Shown here piece by piece: positions 1-9,400 of a stretch of DNA of 32,000 bases (the first letter of the stretch is position 1; each line of letters begins with the position of its first letter). The position numbers and the translations under genes were made by a program. The DNA comes from Candidatus Saccharimonadota bacterium. GTDB taxonomy: Bacteria; Patescibacteriota; Saccharimonadia; Saccharimonadales; Saccharimonadaceae. The notes under the pieces were generated by a model, which was given only the letters and a program-made list of their open reading frames with translations, was not told the DNA's origin and did no database searches. The stretch covers positions 60,001 to 92,000 of the forward strand of contig DIRZ01000002.1 of assembly GCA_002421785.1 (NCBI GenBank), written 5' to 3'.

Positions 1-1
1 T

Positions 2-110
2 GAGCTATTGCAAAAGTTCCGCGCCGAGCCCGTTGTCGAAGCAGCGCCCGTTGTCACCGCGCCAGAACCCGAAACGAAAGATAAAAAGCACAAAAAAGTT
101 GAGGTAAAAG

Positions 111-118
<8 letters not shown>
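2..118 (+). CDS. atpA: C-terminal tail of F1 ATP synthase alpha subunit (partial, 5' end outside the window)
   Basis: Frame 2 is open from the window edge and reads ELLQKFRAEPVVEAAPVVTAPEPETKDKKHKKVEVKDA*, with TAG at 116-118. It lies immediately upstream of atpG-atpD-atpC, the canonical order. The visible part is a low-complexity tail, so the call rests on synteny. Confidence 0.45.
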
Positions 119-2670
<2,552 letters not shown>

Positions 2671-3702
2671 TTATTCCACCACGATATAATCAAATGCGTG
2701 CCCCGCTGGTGGGAGTGCGCCGTCGACGCTTATCGTGAAGCCTGCCGAGGTACGGTTGATGTACATGCCTGGTACCGGCCTCCCAACTGGTGTTACCACG
2801 ATATGTGGCGTAGCGCCATATTTTTGTACAAATGTTACCGATACCAACAGTCCGTTCCCTGCCCCTACGCCAGTGTTTACCGCAATTGTGCCACTCGTAT
2901 CATTTCCACTAATCGAAACTGTCCCATTGCTCCCGGCTGCGCCCCCCACGGCAACGCTCGGTGCGCTACCCGAACTAAGCAAATGCCCTGTCACCGTTAG
3001 CTGAGCCACTTGGAAGTTTCGCACGCTCAGCGCACCGCCAATCGCCAAGTTGCCGGCAACATTGAGGTTGTTGTTTATAGTCGTTAATTGATTCACCGTC
3101 AACTGGCCCTGTAGCTGGGTGTTACCCGCCACCTTCAGGTCCTTACGCAGATTTAATGTACTGATTGTGCCGTCACCATTCACGTTGAGCTGCTGGACCT
3201 GCGTATCGCCCGCCTGTAATTTCGCCAACGCCGCATCGCTCGCAGTAAACTTACTGTTAAGCTGCAACTGGCCGGCAATCGCAACATCACCACCCATTTT
3301 TACTGTTCCGTTAAAAATTGAATTCGGTCCTACAACGAGTTCTGTCTCGGCATTGCCCACAGGGTTGCGACTGACCCCTAACTGGTCCAGCGTCTCAGCG
3401 CTGAGCGTCACCCCATTACGGGCTGCCGTATCTTCAGCGGAGGCCTGGCCCCTGATCACCAACGAAATAATGACAGCATTCGCCGCTAGAATAAGCGCGA
3501 CAACCGTCAGCCCTATAAATGTAGCTTTGTGCGAAGGCCGATACGCAATGCGTCGCTTCTGGGGGGTAGTAGCGCCCACAGCTGAACCTATGTTTGTAGA
3601 AACAGTACTTTCTTCTACTGTTGCGCTCATATCTTCCTGTGTTTGAAGCGCCTCAGGTGCTGGGGCGTTCGATGCATCAGGTAATTTAGGGTCGTCACTC
3701 AT
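2671..3702 (-). CDS. Membrane-anchored surface protein with short beta-helix-like repeats and a possible lectin-like C-terminal domain
   Basis: 343 aa. After a Pro/Ala/Glu-rich N-terminus there is one TM helix (FIGLTVVALILAANAVIISLVI). Degenerate repeats follow (LNVNGDGTISTLNL / LKVAGNTQLQGQLTVNQL / LNVAGNLAIGGALSV). The C-terminus reads VSVTFVQKYGATPHIVVTPVG...NRTSAGFTISV. The function is unknown. Confidence 0.7.
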   Translation of the reverse strand: MSDDPKLPDASNAPAPEALQTQEDMSATVEESTVSTNIGSAVGATTPQKRRIAYRPSHKATFIGLTVVALILAANAVIISLVIRGQASAEDTAARNGVTLSAETLDQLGVSRNPVGNAETELVVGPNSIFNGTVKMGGDVAIAGQLQLNSKFTASDAALAKLQAGDTQVQQLNVNGDGTISTLNLRKDLKVAGNTQLQGQLTVNQLTTINNNLNVAGNLAIGGALSVRNFQVAQLTVTGHLLSSGSAPSVAVGGAAGSNGTVSISGNDTSGTIAVNTGVGAGNGLLVSVTFVQKYGATPHIVVTPVGRPVPGMYINRTSAGFTISVDGALPPAGHAFDYIVVE

Positions 3703-3790
3703 GTGTCTATTTCTACGTTATATATAAGTATAGTATATCGCTTACGCTCATAACTTGCAAAATTGTTATGGTTCACCCACAATGTGATAC

Positions 3791-4540
3791 ATGACCTGGG
3801 GCGTAATAGGTAGAGGACTCATCGTTGGTGCACTATGCACGTTGGTTGCCGTACCCATTGCCTTTGCAGAGACCCTTCAATCACCCAACTACCGCTTTAG
3901 TGAGCCGAGCGTTGGCGCAGGCAGCCTCAACCAGTCCAGCTCGGCGAGCTACATTGGACAGAGTGGCCTGGGCGACCTAGGTGTCGGCAATGCAGCTTCT
4001 TCCAACTTCCAGATTAACGCTGGATCAAAAACCAATCCCGATCCGACCCTTAGCGTTGCTATCACCTCAACATTAGCCGATTTTGGTAACTTTTCCGCCT
4101 CTACTCCCTCCACAGCGACTGCCAGTTTTACTGTCATCAACTATAGTAGCTATGGCTACGCCGTACAGCTAACCGGCTCGACTCCTACGTACAACGGCCA
4201 CTCCATTAGTCCCATGGCGACTACGGCCGCCTCGCAGCCGGGCACTGAACAGTTTGGTATCAATATGGTCGCTAACACATCACCAATTAGCTTCGGCGCC
4301 AATCCTAACAACGGTGATTTCGGATTTGGTGTGATTGGAAATGGCCCCGCTAGTCTTGACTATGCGCACTATTCCACGCCCAACCAGTTCCGCTATGTCA
4401 GTGGCGAAACCATCGCAAGTGCGCCCAAAAGTTCCGGAGCAACCCAGTATACCATCAGCTTTCTCACAAACGTCGCCGGGGTCACGCCTGGTGGCACCTA
4501 CGTCAGTAACCAGCTGCTCATCGTTACCGGTACTTACTAG
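3791..4540 (+). CDS. Secreted beta-rich protein, short paralog of the two downstream genes (WxL-like domain with Tyr replacing Trp)
   Basis: Signal peptide ending AFA|ETLQ. Motifs DFGNFSAS...FTVINYSSYGYAVQLTG, EQFGINMVAN and C-terminal GGTYVSNQLLIVTGTY align with the C-terminal halves of ORFs 4664-5875 and 5978-7120. Confidence 0.8.
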   Translation: MTWGVIGRGLIVGALCTLVAVPIAFAETLQSPNYRFSEPSVGAGSLNQSSSASYIGQSGLGDLGVGNAASSNFQINAGSKTNPDPTLSVAITSTLADFGNFSASTPSTATASFTVINYSSYGYAVQLTGSTPTYNGHSISPMATTAASQPGTEQFGINMVANTSPISFGANPNNGDFGFGVIGNGPASLDYAHYSTPNQFRYVSGETIASAPKSSGATQYTISFLTNVAGVTPGGTYVSNQLLIVTGTY

Positions 4541-4598
4541 TTATCCACAGATTTTGCACTCACTTCATTACCCCCCCGTAATTATCACCCAAACACTG

Positions 4599-4627
4599 TT
4601 GACAGGCTATACCGCTCATGGTATCAT
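4599..4627 (+). promoter_or_regulatory. Sigma70-type promoter for ORF 4664-5875
   Basis: TTGACA (4599-4604), a 17-nt spacer, then TGG-TATCAT (extended -10, hexamer 4622-4627). The predicted 5' UTR is about 30 nt, A-rich, with no clear Shine-Dalgarno. Confidence 0.6.
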
Positions 4628-4663
4628 CTCTAGTAGAAACCTTAAAAATAAAAAATATCCACC

Positions 4664-5875
4664 ATGAAAATACAAAAAACCACCACACTATTTCGCGCCC
4701 TAGGCGTGTTCTTGCTTGTCGCAGTTGTTGCCGCACAAGCACTATTACAAACCCCATCTGCTAATGCGGAGCAAATCGTCATACGGTCACTTAAGCTCGA
4801 AGCAGCCGACGTGAACCCGGGTGGTTTAAATGGTGGTTCACGCCCGAGTGGTGCGCTTCCAAACGTTAACTCAACTGCAAACCACAGCTTTACGTTCACA
4901 CTCCCCTCAGTCACCGCAACACCAGTGGGGTCGCTACTTTTCGAGTACTGCACCACTGCCGCGGACGTGGGTGGCGCGACCTGCGTGGCGCCAACTGGGC
5001 TGGATACGACTGCTGCGACTCTTGGCGCTACCACTGGTATTACTGGTCTTTCGATTGCCAATATCAGTACAAACTCTTATCGCCTTACCCGCTCCCCTGG
5101 TGCCGCATCAGCTGCGCCTGCAAATACCGTTGTAACTGCAACCGTTAAGGGCATTACTAACCCGTCAGTCCTCGGTACCTTCTATGTGCGAATCTCCAGC
5201 TACAACAGTCTCGACAACACCGGTGGTGCGATTGACCGTGGCACGGTAGCCGCCAGCACCGCCGACCCAATCGAACTGAGCGGGGTGATGCCCGAGTCGC
5301 TCGTCTTCTGTACTGGTGCGACCGTCGGTCTGACTACCGGACTTCCTGACTGCTCAACCGCAACCGATGGAATCATTGAATTCAACAAACTCTTCTCGCC
5401 AACCGATACAGCGTACTCACTCTCACAAATGGCAGCAAGCACCAACGCTGGTGCAGGCTATGTCATCACTGTCAACGGCCCAACACTTACCTCGGGTGGT
5501 AATAGTATCGCCGGCATGGCAACACCCGGAGTCAGCGCACGAGGAACCGCACAGTTCGGCATGAACCTCGTGGCTAACCCAGCTACGGTATCAACAGGTA
5601 TCGATGTCGTCACCGCACCGTTTACGATAGCAAGTGCAGACGTCGCACCTATCTCGAATGCTAGCAACTACCGTGGCCAGCCAGTGACCGACTACGGCAC
5701 CGCCAGCACCTTCAAGTTCCTCACAGGTGACCCTGTCGCAGCCAGCGACAACGGCGGCGCAGGCGCAACTGACGCACAGATTTACACTGTCAGCTACATC
5801 GCCAACGTACCAGGTAGCCAGCCTGCCGGTATCTATGCGACCACCCTCACGTACATCTGTACACCTACGTTCTAG
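4664..5875 (+). CDS. Secreted beta-rich surface protein, large paralog A (WxL-like C-terminal domain)
   Basis: 403 aa with a signal peptide ending ANA|EQIV. It shares long blocks with ORF 5978-7120 (LSGVMPESLVFCTGA...PDCSTAT.G.IEFN.LFSP.DTA...MAASTNA..GY.ITVNGPTL, .FGMNL.AN, and an identical C-terminus TLTYICTPTF). Confidence 0.85.
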   Translation: MKIQKTTTLFRALGVFLLVAVVAAQALLQTPSANAEQIVIRSLKLEAADVNPGGLNGGSRPSGALPNVNSTANHSFTFTLPSVTATPVGSLLFEYCTTAADVGGATCVAPTGLDTTAATLGATTGITGLSIANISTNSYRLTRSPGAASAAPANTVVTATVKGITNPSVLGTFYVRISSYNSLDNTGGAIDRGTVAASTADPIELSGVMPESLVFCTGATVGLTTGLPDCSTATDGIIEFNKLFSPTDTAYSLSQMAASTNAGAGYVITVNGPTLTSGGNSIAGMATPGVSARGTAQFGMNLVANPATVSTGIDVVTAPFTIASADVAPISNASNYRGQPVTDYGTASTFKFLTGDPVAASDNGGAGATDAQIYTVSYIANVPGSQPAGIYATTLTYICTPTF

Positions 5876-5897
5876 TTTACTCTTTCCCGGTTTCTCC

Positions 5898-5927
5898 GAA
5901 CTGCCGCTGCAACAACAGCGGTAGTTC
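5898..5927 (+). terminator. 12-bp stem-loop between paralog A and paralog B (partial terminator or mRNA-stabilising hairpin)
   Basis: GAACTGCCGCTG-caacaa-CAGCGGTAGTTC forms 12 pairs including one G.U, with a 6-nt loop. It starts 23 nt after the stop of ORF 4664-5875. The sequence that follows (GTGTATATTATGG) is U-containing but is not a clean U-tract. Confidence 0.4.
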
Positions 5928-5940
5928 GTGTATATTATGG

Positions 5941-5970
5941 TTGACCCGGCTGAAGTGCTTATGATACACT
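5941..5970 (+). promoter_or_regulatory. Promoter for ORF 5978-7120, predicting a leaderless mRNA
   Basis: TTGACC (5941-5946), an 18-nt spacer, then TGA-TACACT (hexamer 5965-5970). The ATG at 5978 is 7 nt after the -10. Confidence 0.5.
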
Positions 5971-5977
5971 GCTCTAT

Positions 5978-7120
5978 ATGAGAAGAGTGAGGGGTGTTGC
6001 ATACTTTTTGAGCGTATTATTAGTAGCGGTAAGCGTTACGGCAGTTTTCAGCGGGCCTGACGCATCAGCCGCCCAAATTACCGCTCGCAGCCTCACGCTC
6101 GTCGGCGTCACGGGTGTTGGTGGCTCGATGCCGGGCGGCAACGTCAACCATAAGTTTACCTTTACTATCCCTACCCTCGGTACTGCACTCGGTTCTGTCA
6201 AGTTTGAATATTGTACGATTGCTACAAAAGATGCTTGTGTTACACCGACCGGAATGGATGCGTCTATTATTACCGGGCTGAGCGACACCGGTTCCGGCGT
6301 GACTGGTTGGACCGTCCAGGCTGGCTCAACAGCCAACACGGTTATTGTCAGGCGCGCCGCAGCGAGCAACCCGGCGAGCGGCAATCTTGTTATTCAGCTC
6401 AACAACATCAAGAACACGACCGACGTCAACAAAACGTTTTTCGTGCGCATCACCACGCACAGTAGCCTTGACGGTACTGGCGCAATCGTGGACAGCGGAT
6501 CAGTTGCAGCCAGCACCGCCAACCCTATCCAACTAAGCGGTATCATGCCTGAAAGCCTTATCTTTTGTACGGGCGCTGACATCACCGTAAACGCCGGTGT
6601 GCCTGACTGTTCTACTGCAACTAGTGGCGTCATCGAATTTAACCAACTATTCTCGCCACAAGACACCGCGACGGCAGTTTCTAAAATGGCGGCGAGCACC
6701 AACGCATTTTCTGGGTATGCCATCACCGTCAATGGGCCAACGCTCGCTTCTGGGTCATCATCGATTCCCGCTATGGCATCAGGCGCTGCCGATGCCCCAA
6801 TTGCACGAACACGTGGTATCAGCGAATTTGGAATGAACCTTGCGGCCAACACCGTGGCGACCTCTACAACCCCAGTCGGTGCAGCGGTGAACCCTGTTCC
6901 AGACGGGCTCAACCTCCGCGGCCAAGCAGCGTCTGACTACTCAGTCGCCGATCAGTTTAAGTACTCAAACGGCGACATTGTTGCAGCCAGCGATAACGGT
7001 GGCCTTGGTCCAACAAATTCGCAACTCTACACGGTATCCTACATTGTCGACGTCGCCGGTAACTTGCTTGCTGGTACCTATAGCACCACACTAACCTATA
7101 TCTGTACTCCTACATTCTAG
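5978..7120 (+). CDS. Secreted beta-rich surface protein, large paralog B (WxL-like C-terminal domain)
   Basis: 380 aa with a signal peptide ending ASA|AQIT. It is roughly half identical by eye to ORF 4664-5875 across its full length and has the same C-terminal TLTYICTPTF. Confidence 0.85.
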   Translation: MRRVRGVAYFLSVLLVAVSVTAVFSGPDASAAQITARSLTLVGVTGVGGSMPGGNVNHKFTFTIPTLGTALGSVKFEYCTIATKDACVTPTGMDASIITGLSDTGSGVTGWTVQAGSTANTVIVRRAAASNPASGNLVIQLNNIKNTTDVNKTFFVRITTHSSLDGTGAIVDSGSVAASTANPIQLSGIMPESLIFCTGADITVNAGVPDCSTATSGVIEFNQLFSPQDTATAVSKMAASTNAFSGYAITVNGPTLASGSSSIPAMASGAADAPIARTRGISEFGMNLAANTVATSTTPVGAAVNPVPDGLNLRGQAASDYSVADQFKYSNGDIVAASDNGGLGPTNSQLYTVSYIVDVAGNLLAGTYSTTLTYICTPTF

Positions 7121-7123
7121 TTT

Positions 7124-8122
7124 ATGACTTTACACAAATTACCCACCATACTCGTATTATCAACACTCATTGCATCGGCCGTTGTCGCGCCGCTAACTGC
7201 CGCAGTGACAGCAACGCCCACCAACGACCAAGGCTTAGCGCTCGAAATTGCACCACCTGTCGTTAACTTCGCCGTCGAACCTGGCGAGACAATTGACTCG
7301 GAGATCGCAATTCGCGACGTATCAACGTCACCGCTTCTCGTCACAAGCGAGATCAATGACTTTACCGCCAGCGGCGATGAAGACGGTAACCCGAAAGTAC
7401 TCACTGACGCCACCGAAAAAAGCCCCTACTCCATCATCGATTGGGTAAGCCCATTCGAGCAGATGGCATTGGAGCCAAAACAGATCAAGAAGCTCGCCCT
7501 AAAGATTAAGGTTCCAGCCAACGCCGCACCTGGCGGCTACTACGGAGTGATCCGATTCACTGCAACGCCTCCCGATGGTGAAACAACCAGCGTGTCGCTC
7601 GCGCCAAGCCTAGGAGCCCTTGTCATGATCCGCGTTAAGGGCCAGGCAACTGAAAAACTAACTGTCAAAGAATTTTACATGACACAAAACGGCAAGAAAG
7701 GCACGTTCTTTGAAGGTATTCCTTTTGAGTTCGTTCAGCGACTCGAAAATGAAGGCAACGTGTACGAGCAGCCAACGGGACGCATCCTCATCAAAGACAT
7801 GTTCGGCAAGCCCGTAGCCAATGTCAACGTCAACGCAGACAGTCGTAACGTCCTTCCAGGAAGTATCCGTAAATTTACTCAGGAATTTGATAGTAAAGCG
7901 CTCGGCAATATAGGCCTATTCGGTAAGTACACAGCCGAGCTAAGCCTTAACTACGGAGATAAATTAACGACCGGGTCCAGCCTAACCTTCTGGGTTATTC
8001 CTTGGAAGCTCATCGCACTGGTGATTATAGGCCTTATCGCAGCCGTCGTTGGCATCCGTTACGCCTTCAAACGATACACTGATCGCATCGTTGGCAAGTC
8101 ACGTGGCTCACGCCGTCGCTAG
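7124..8122 (+). CDS. DUF916/DUF3324-like (WxL-interacting-protein / CscA-like) cell-surface protein with a C-terminal TM anchor
   Basis: 332 aa, starting 3 nt after the previous stop. It has a signal peptide, then LEIAPPVVNFAVEPGETIDSEIAIRDVSTSPLLVTSEINDF...DGNPKV, then W....MALEPKQIKKLALKIKVPANAAPGGYYGVIRF. The second domain reads LENEGNVYEQPTGRILIKD...VLPGSIRKF...GKYTAELSLNY. It ends with a C-terminal TM helix plus a basic tail (KSRGSRRR). This is the architecture I remember for the Firmicute DUF916+DUF3324 proteins of WxL loci. Confidence 0.75.
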   Translation: MTLHKLPTILVLSTLIASAVVAPLTAAVTATPTNDQGLALEIAPPVVNFAVEPGETIDSEIAIRDVSTSPLLVTSEINDFTASGDEDGNPKVLTDATEKSPYSIIDWVSPFEQMALEPKQIKKLALKIKVPANAAPGGYYGVIRFTATPPDGETTSVSLAPSLGALVMIRVKGQATEKLTVKEFYMTQNGKKGTFFEGIPFEFVQRLENEGNVYEQPTGRILIKDMFGKPVANVNVNADSRNVLPGSIRKFTQEFDSKALGNIGLFGKYTAELSLNYGDKLTTGSSLTFWVIPWKLIALVIIGLIAAVVGIRYAFKRYTDRIVGKSRGSRRR

Positions 8123-8135
8123 ATACACCTAATTA

Positions 8136-8144
8136 TGCTATAAT
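8136..8144 (+). promoter_or_regulatory. Extended -10 promoter for ORF 8151-9104, predicting a leaderless mRNA
   Basis: TGC-TATAAT (hexamer 8139-8144) is followed 6 nt later by ATG 8151. There is no good -35, which is consistent with an extended -10 promoter. Confidence 0.5.
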
Positions 8145-8150
8145 CAGCTT

Positions 8151-9104
8151 ATGCTAAAGCACTTGAAGCTGAGCCACCACGCCAATACCGGCAAAGTGCG
8201 GCCCCACGAACATACGTCATACCTTCCACTTGCCTTGGTATTGCTTGTCGTCGGTTTTATACTCACGACCTTCACGACATTTGCCTGGGAACGGCCGGGC
8301 CCAGCTTCCGAATCTGTCGGCCTATCGGGAGTTATGCCTGGTAGTCCCCCTACTGCTGCAGCGGTAATCAAAACGCCTACTACAGGCCAGCGCTTCACCC
8401 AAACCCCTATCACCGTGGCAGGTACCTGCCCCAAGGACACGCTAGTCGAGCTATTCAAGAATGATATTTTTGCCGGATCTGGTGTCTGTACCAGCGAGCA
8501 AACCTTTTCGTTTCAAATCGATCTCCTCATTGGCCAGAACCAACTTATCGCGCGCGTGTATGACGCCCTAAACCAGCAGGGGCCTGACTCTAACATTGTG
8601 ACGGTATTCTACGATGCCTCAAACGCCCAGGGCAGCCCGCTTACATCGCTTAATTTCGGCGGGCCACAGCTCATTATTAACACAGATGCGGTATTCCGTG
8701 GTGCCTTCCCCAACAAAGAGATGTCCATACCCGTTGATATCATCGGTGGTCGCGCGCCGTACGCGGTGAATATCCAGTGGGGTGACAGTACCAACAAAGT
8801 AATATCACGACCCGACAACGCCACCTTCCGCGAATCACACACCTACACCAAGGGCGGTACTTACCAGCTGGCAATTCAGGCAACCGACGCCGACGGCCGC
8901 GTCGCCTTTCTCACAGTAGCAAGTATCGTGAATGGTCAGCCCGACCCAGCTGTCGCCGCTATCGCCGACAACAAGGCAACCACTAACCTATTGCTCGCAC
9001 TGTGGCCGCTCTACGCCGCTACCTTTGCGGTTGTCGTCAGTTTCTGGATGGGCGAATGGCGCGAAAAACGCCTGCTCATCAAGCACGGTGTACTAGCAGC
9101 CTAA
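8151..9104 (+). CDS. Membrane protein with an extracytoplasmic Ig-like domain plus a PKD-like domain, flanked by N- and C-terminal TM helices
   Basis: 317 aa. N-terminal TM helix YLPLALVLLVVGFILTTFTTFAW. PKD-like signature IQWGDSTN...SHTYTKGGTYQLAIQATDADGRVAF. C-terminal TM helix LLLALWPLYAATFAVVVSFWMG. Confidence 0.8.
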   Translation: MLKHLKLSHHANTGKVRPHEHTSYLPLALVLLVVGFILTTFTTFAWERPGPASESVGLSGVMPGSPPTAAAVIKTPTTGQRFTQTPITVAGTCPKDTLVELFKNDIFAGSGVCTSEQTFSFQIDLLIGQNQLIARVYDALNQQGPDSNIVTVFYDASNAQGSPLTSLNFGGPQLIINTDAVFRGAFPNKEMSIPVDIIGGRAPYAVNIQWGDSTNKVISRPDNATFRESHTYTKGGTYQLAIQATDADGRVAFLTVASIVNGQPDPAVAAIADNKATTNLLLALWPLYAATFAVVVSFWMGEWREKRLLIKHGVLAA

Positions 9105-9142
9105 CTTATCCACAGGGTTGTCAATATTTTTGTATAAGTTAC

Positions 9143-9171
9143 TTGCGTATTTTGCCATAAGCGTATATGCT
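9143..9171 (+). promoter_or_regulatory. Candidate promoter for the 1049-aa fibre gene, giving a 5' leader of about 210-225 nt
   Basis: TTGCGT (9143-9148), a 17-nt spacer, then TATGCT (9166-9171). Confidence 0.35.
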
Positions 9172-9241
9172 AGTGAAGTAAAACCTTGTGTGTGAGAAAC
9201 AAAAACGGCTTTACAGCACATAAAACAAAACCTACTCCACC

Positions 9242-9264
9242 ACACAGCTAACCCCTGTGTTTTT
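9242..9264 (+). terminator. Weak hairpin plus T-run inside the long intergenic leader
   Basis: ACACAG (9242-9247), a 7-nt loop, then CTGTGT (9255-9260), running into TTTTT (9260-9264). The stem is only 6 bp. Confidence 0.3.
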
Positions 9265-9400
9265 GGCGTATTAACACCCAGGAGATACTTCGCCTGGCTT
9301 CACCAGTGATCTCACTACTTTTAAAGTACTCACTAAAAAGCAAACGTAAGTCGGACCCACCATTAAAACAAAAAAACAAATCAGCTTGGCTGGTACGCTC

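Noticed and set aside
4642-6912. Minus-strand ORFs of 136-172 aa (4642-5061, 5974-6384, 6394-6912) and several plus-strand off-frame ORFs inside the paralog genes.
   Set aside because: They overlap genes supported by paralogy, signal peptides and promoters. Long antisense ORFs are expected in Ala/Gly/Thr-rich coding sequence with few stop-prone codons.
4541-9115. The two perfect DnaA boxes as evidence for a replication origin.
   Set aside because: There are only two boxes, 4.5 kb apart, with no cluster, no adjacent AT-rich unwinding element and no dnaA, dnaN or other origin-linked genes. A shared regulator-binding site is the more plausible reading, and it is reported as a finding.
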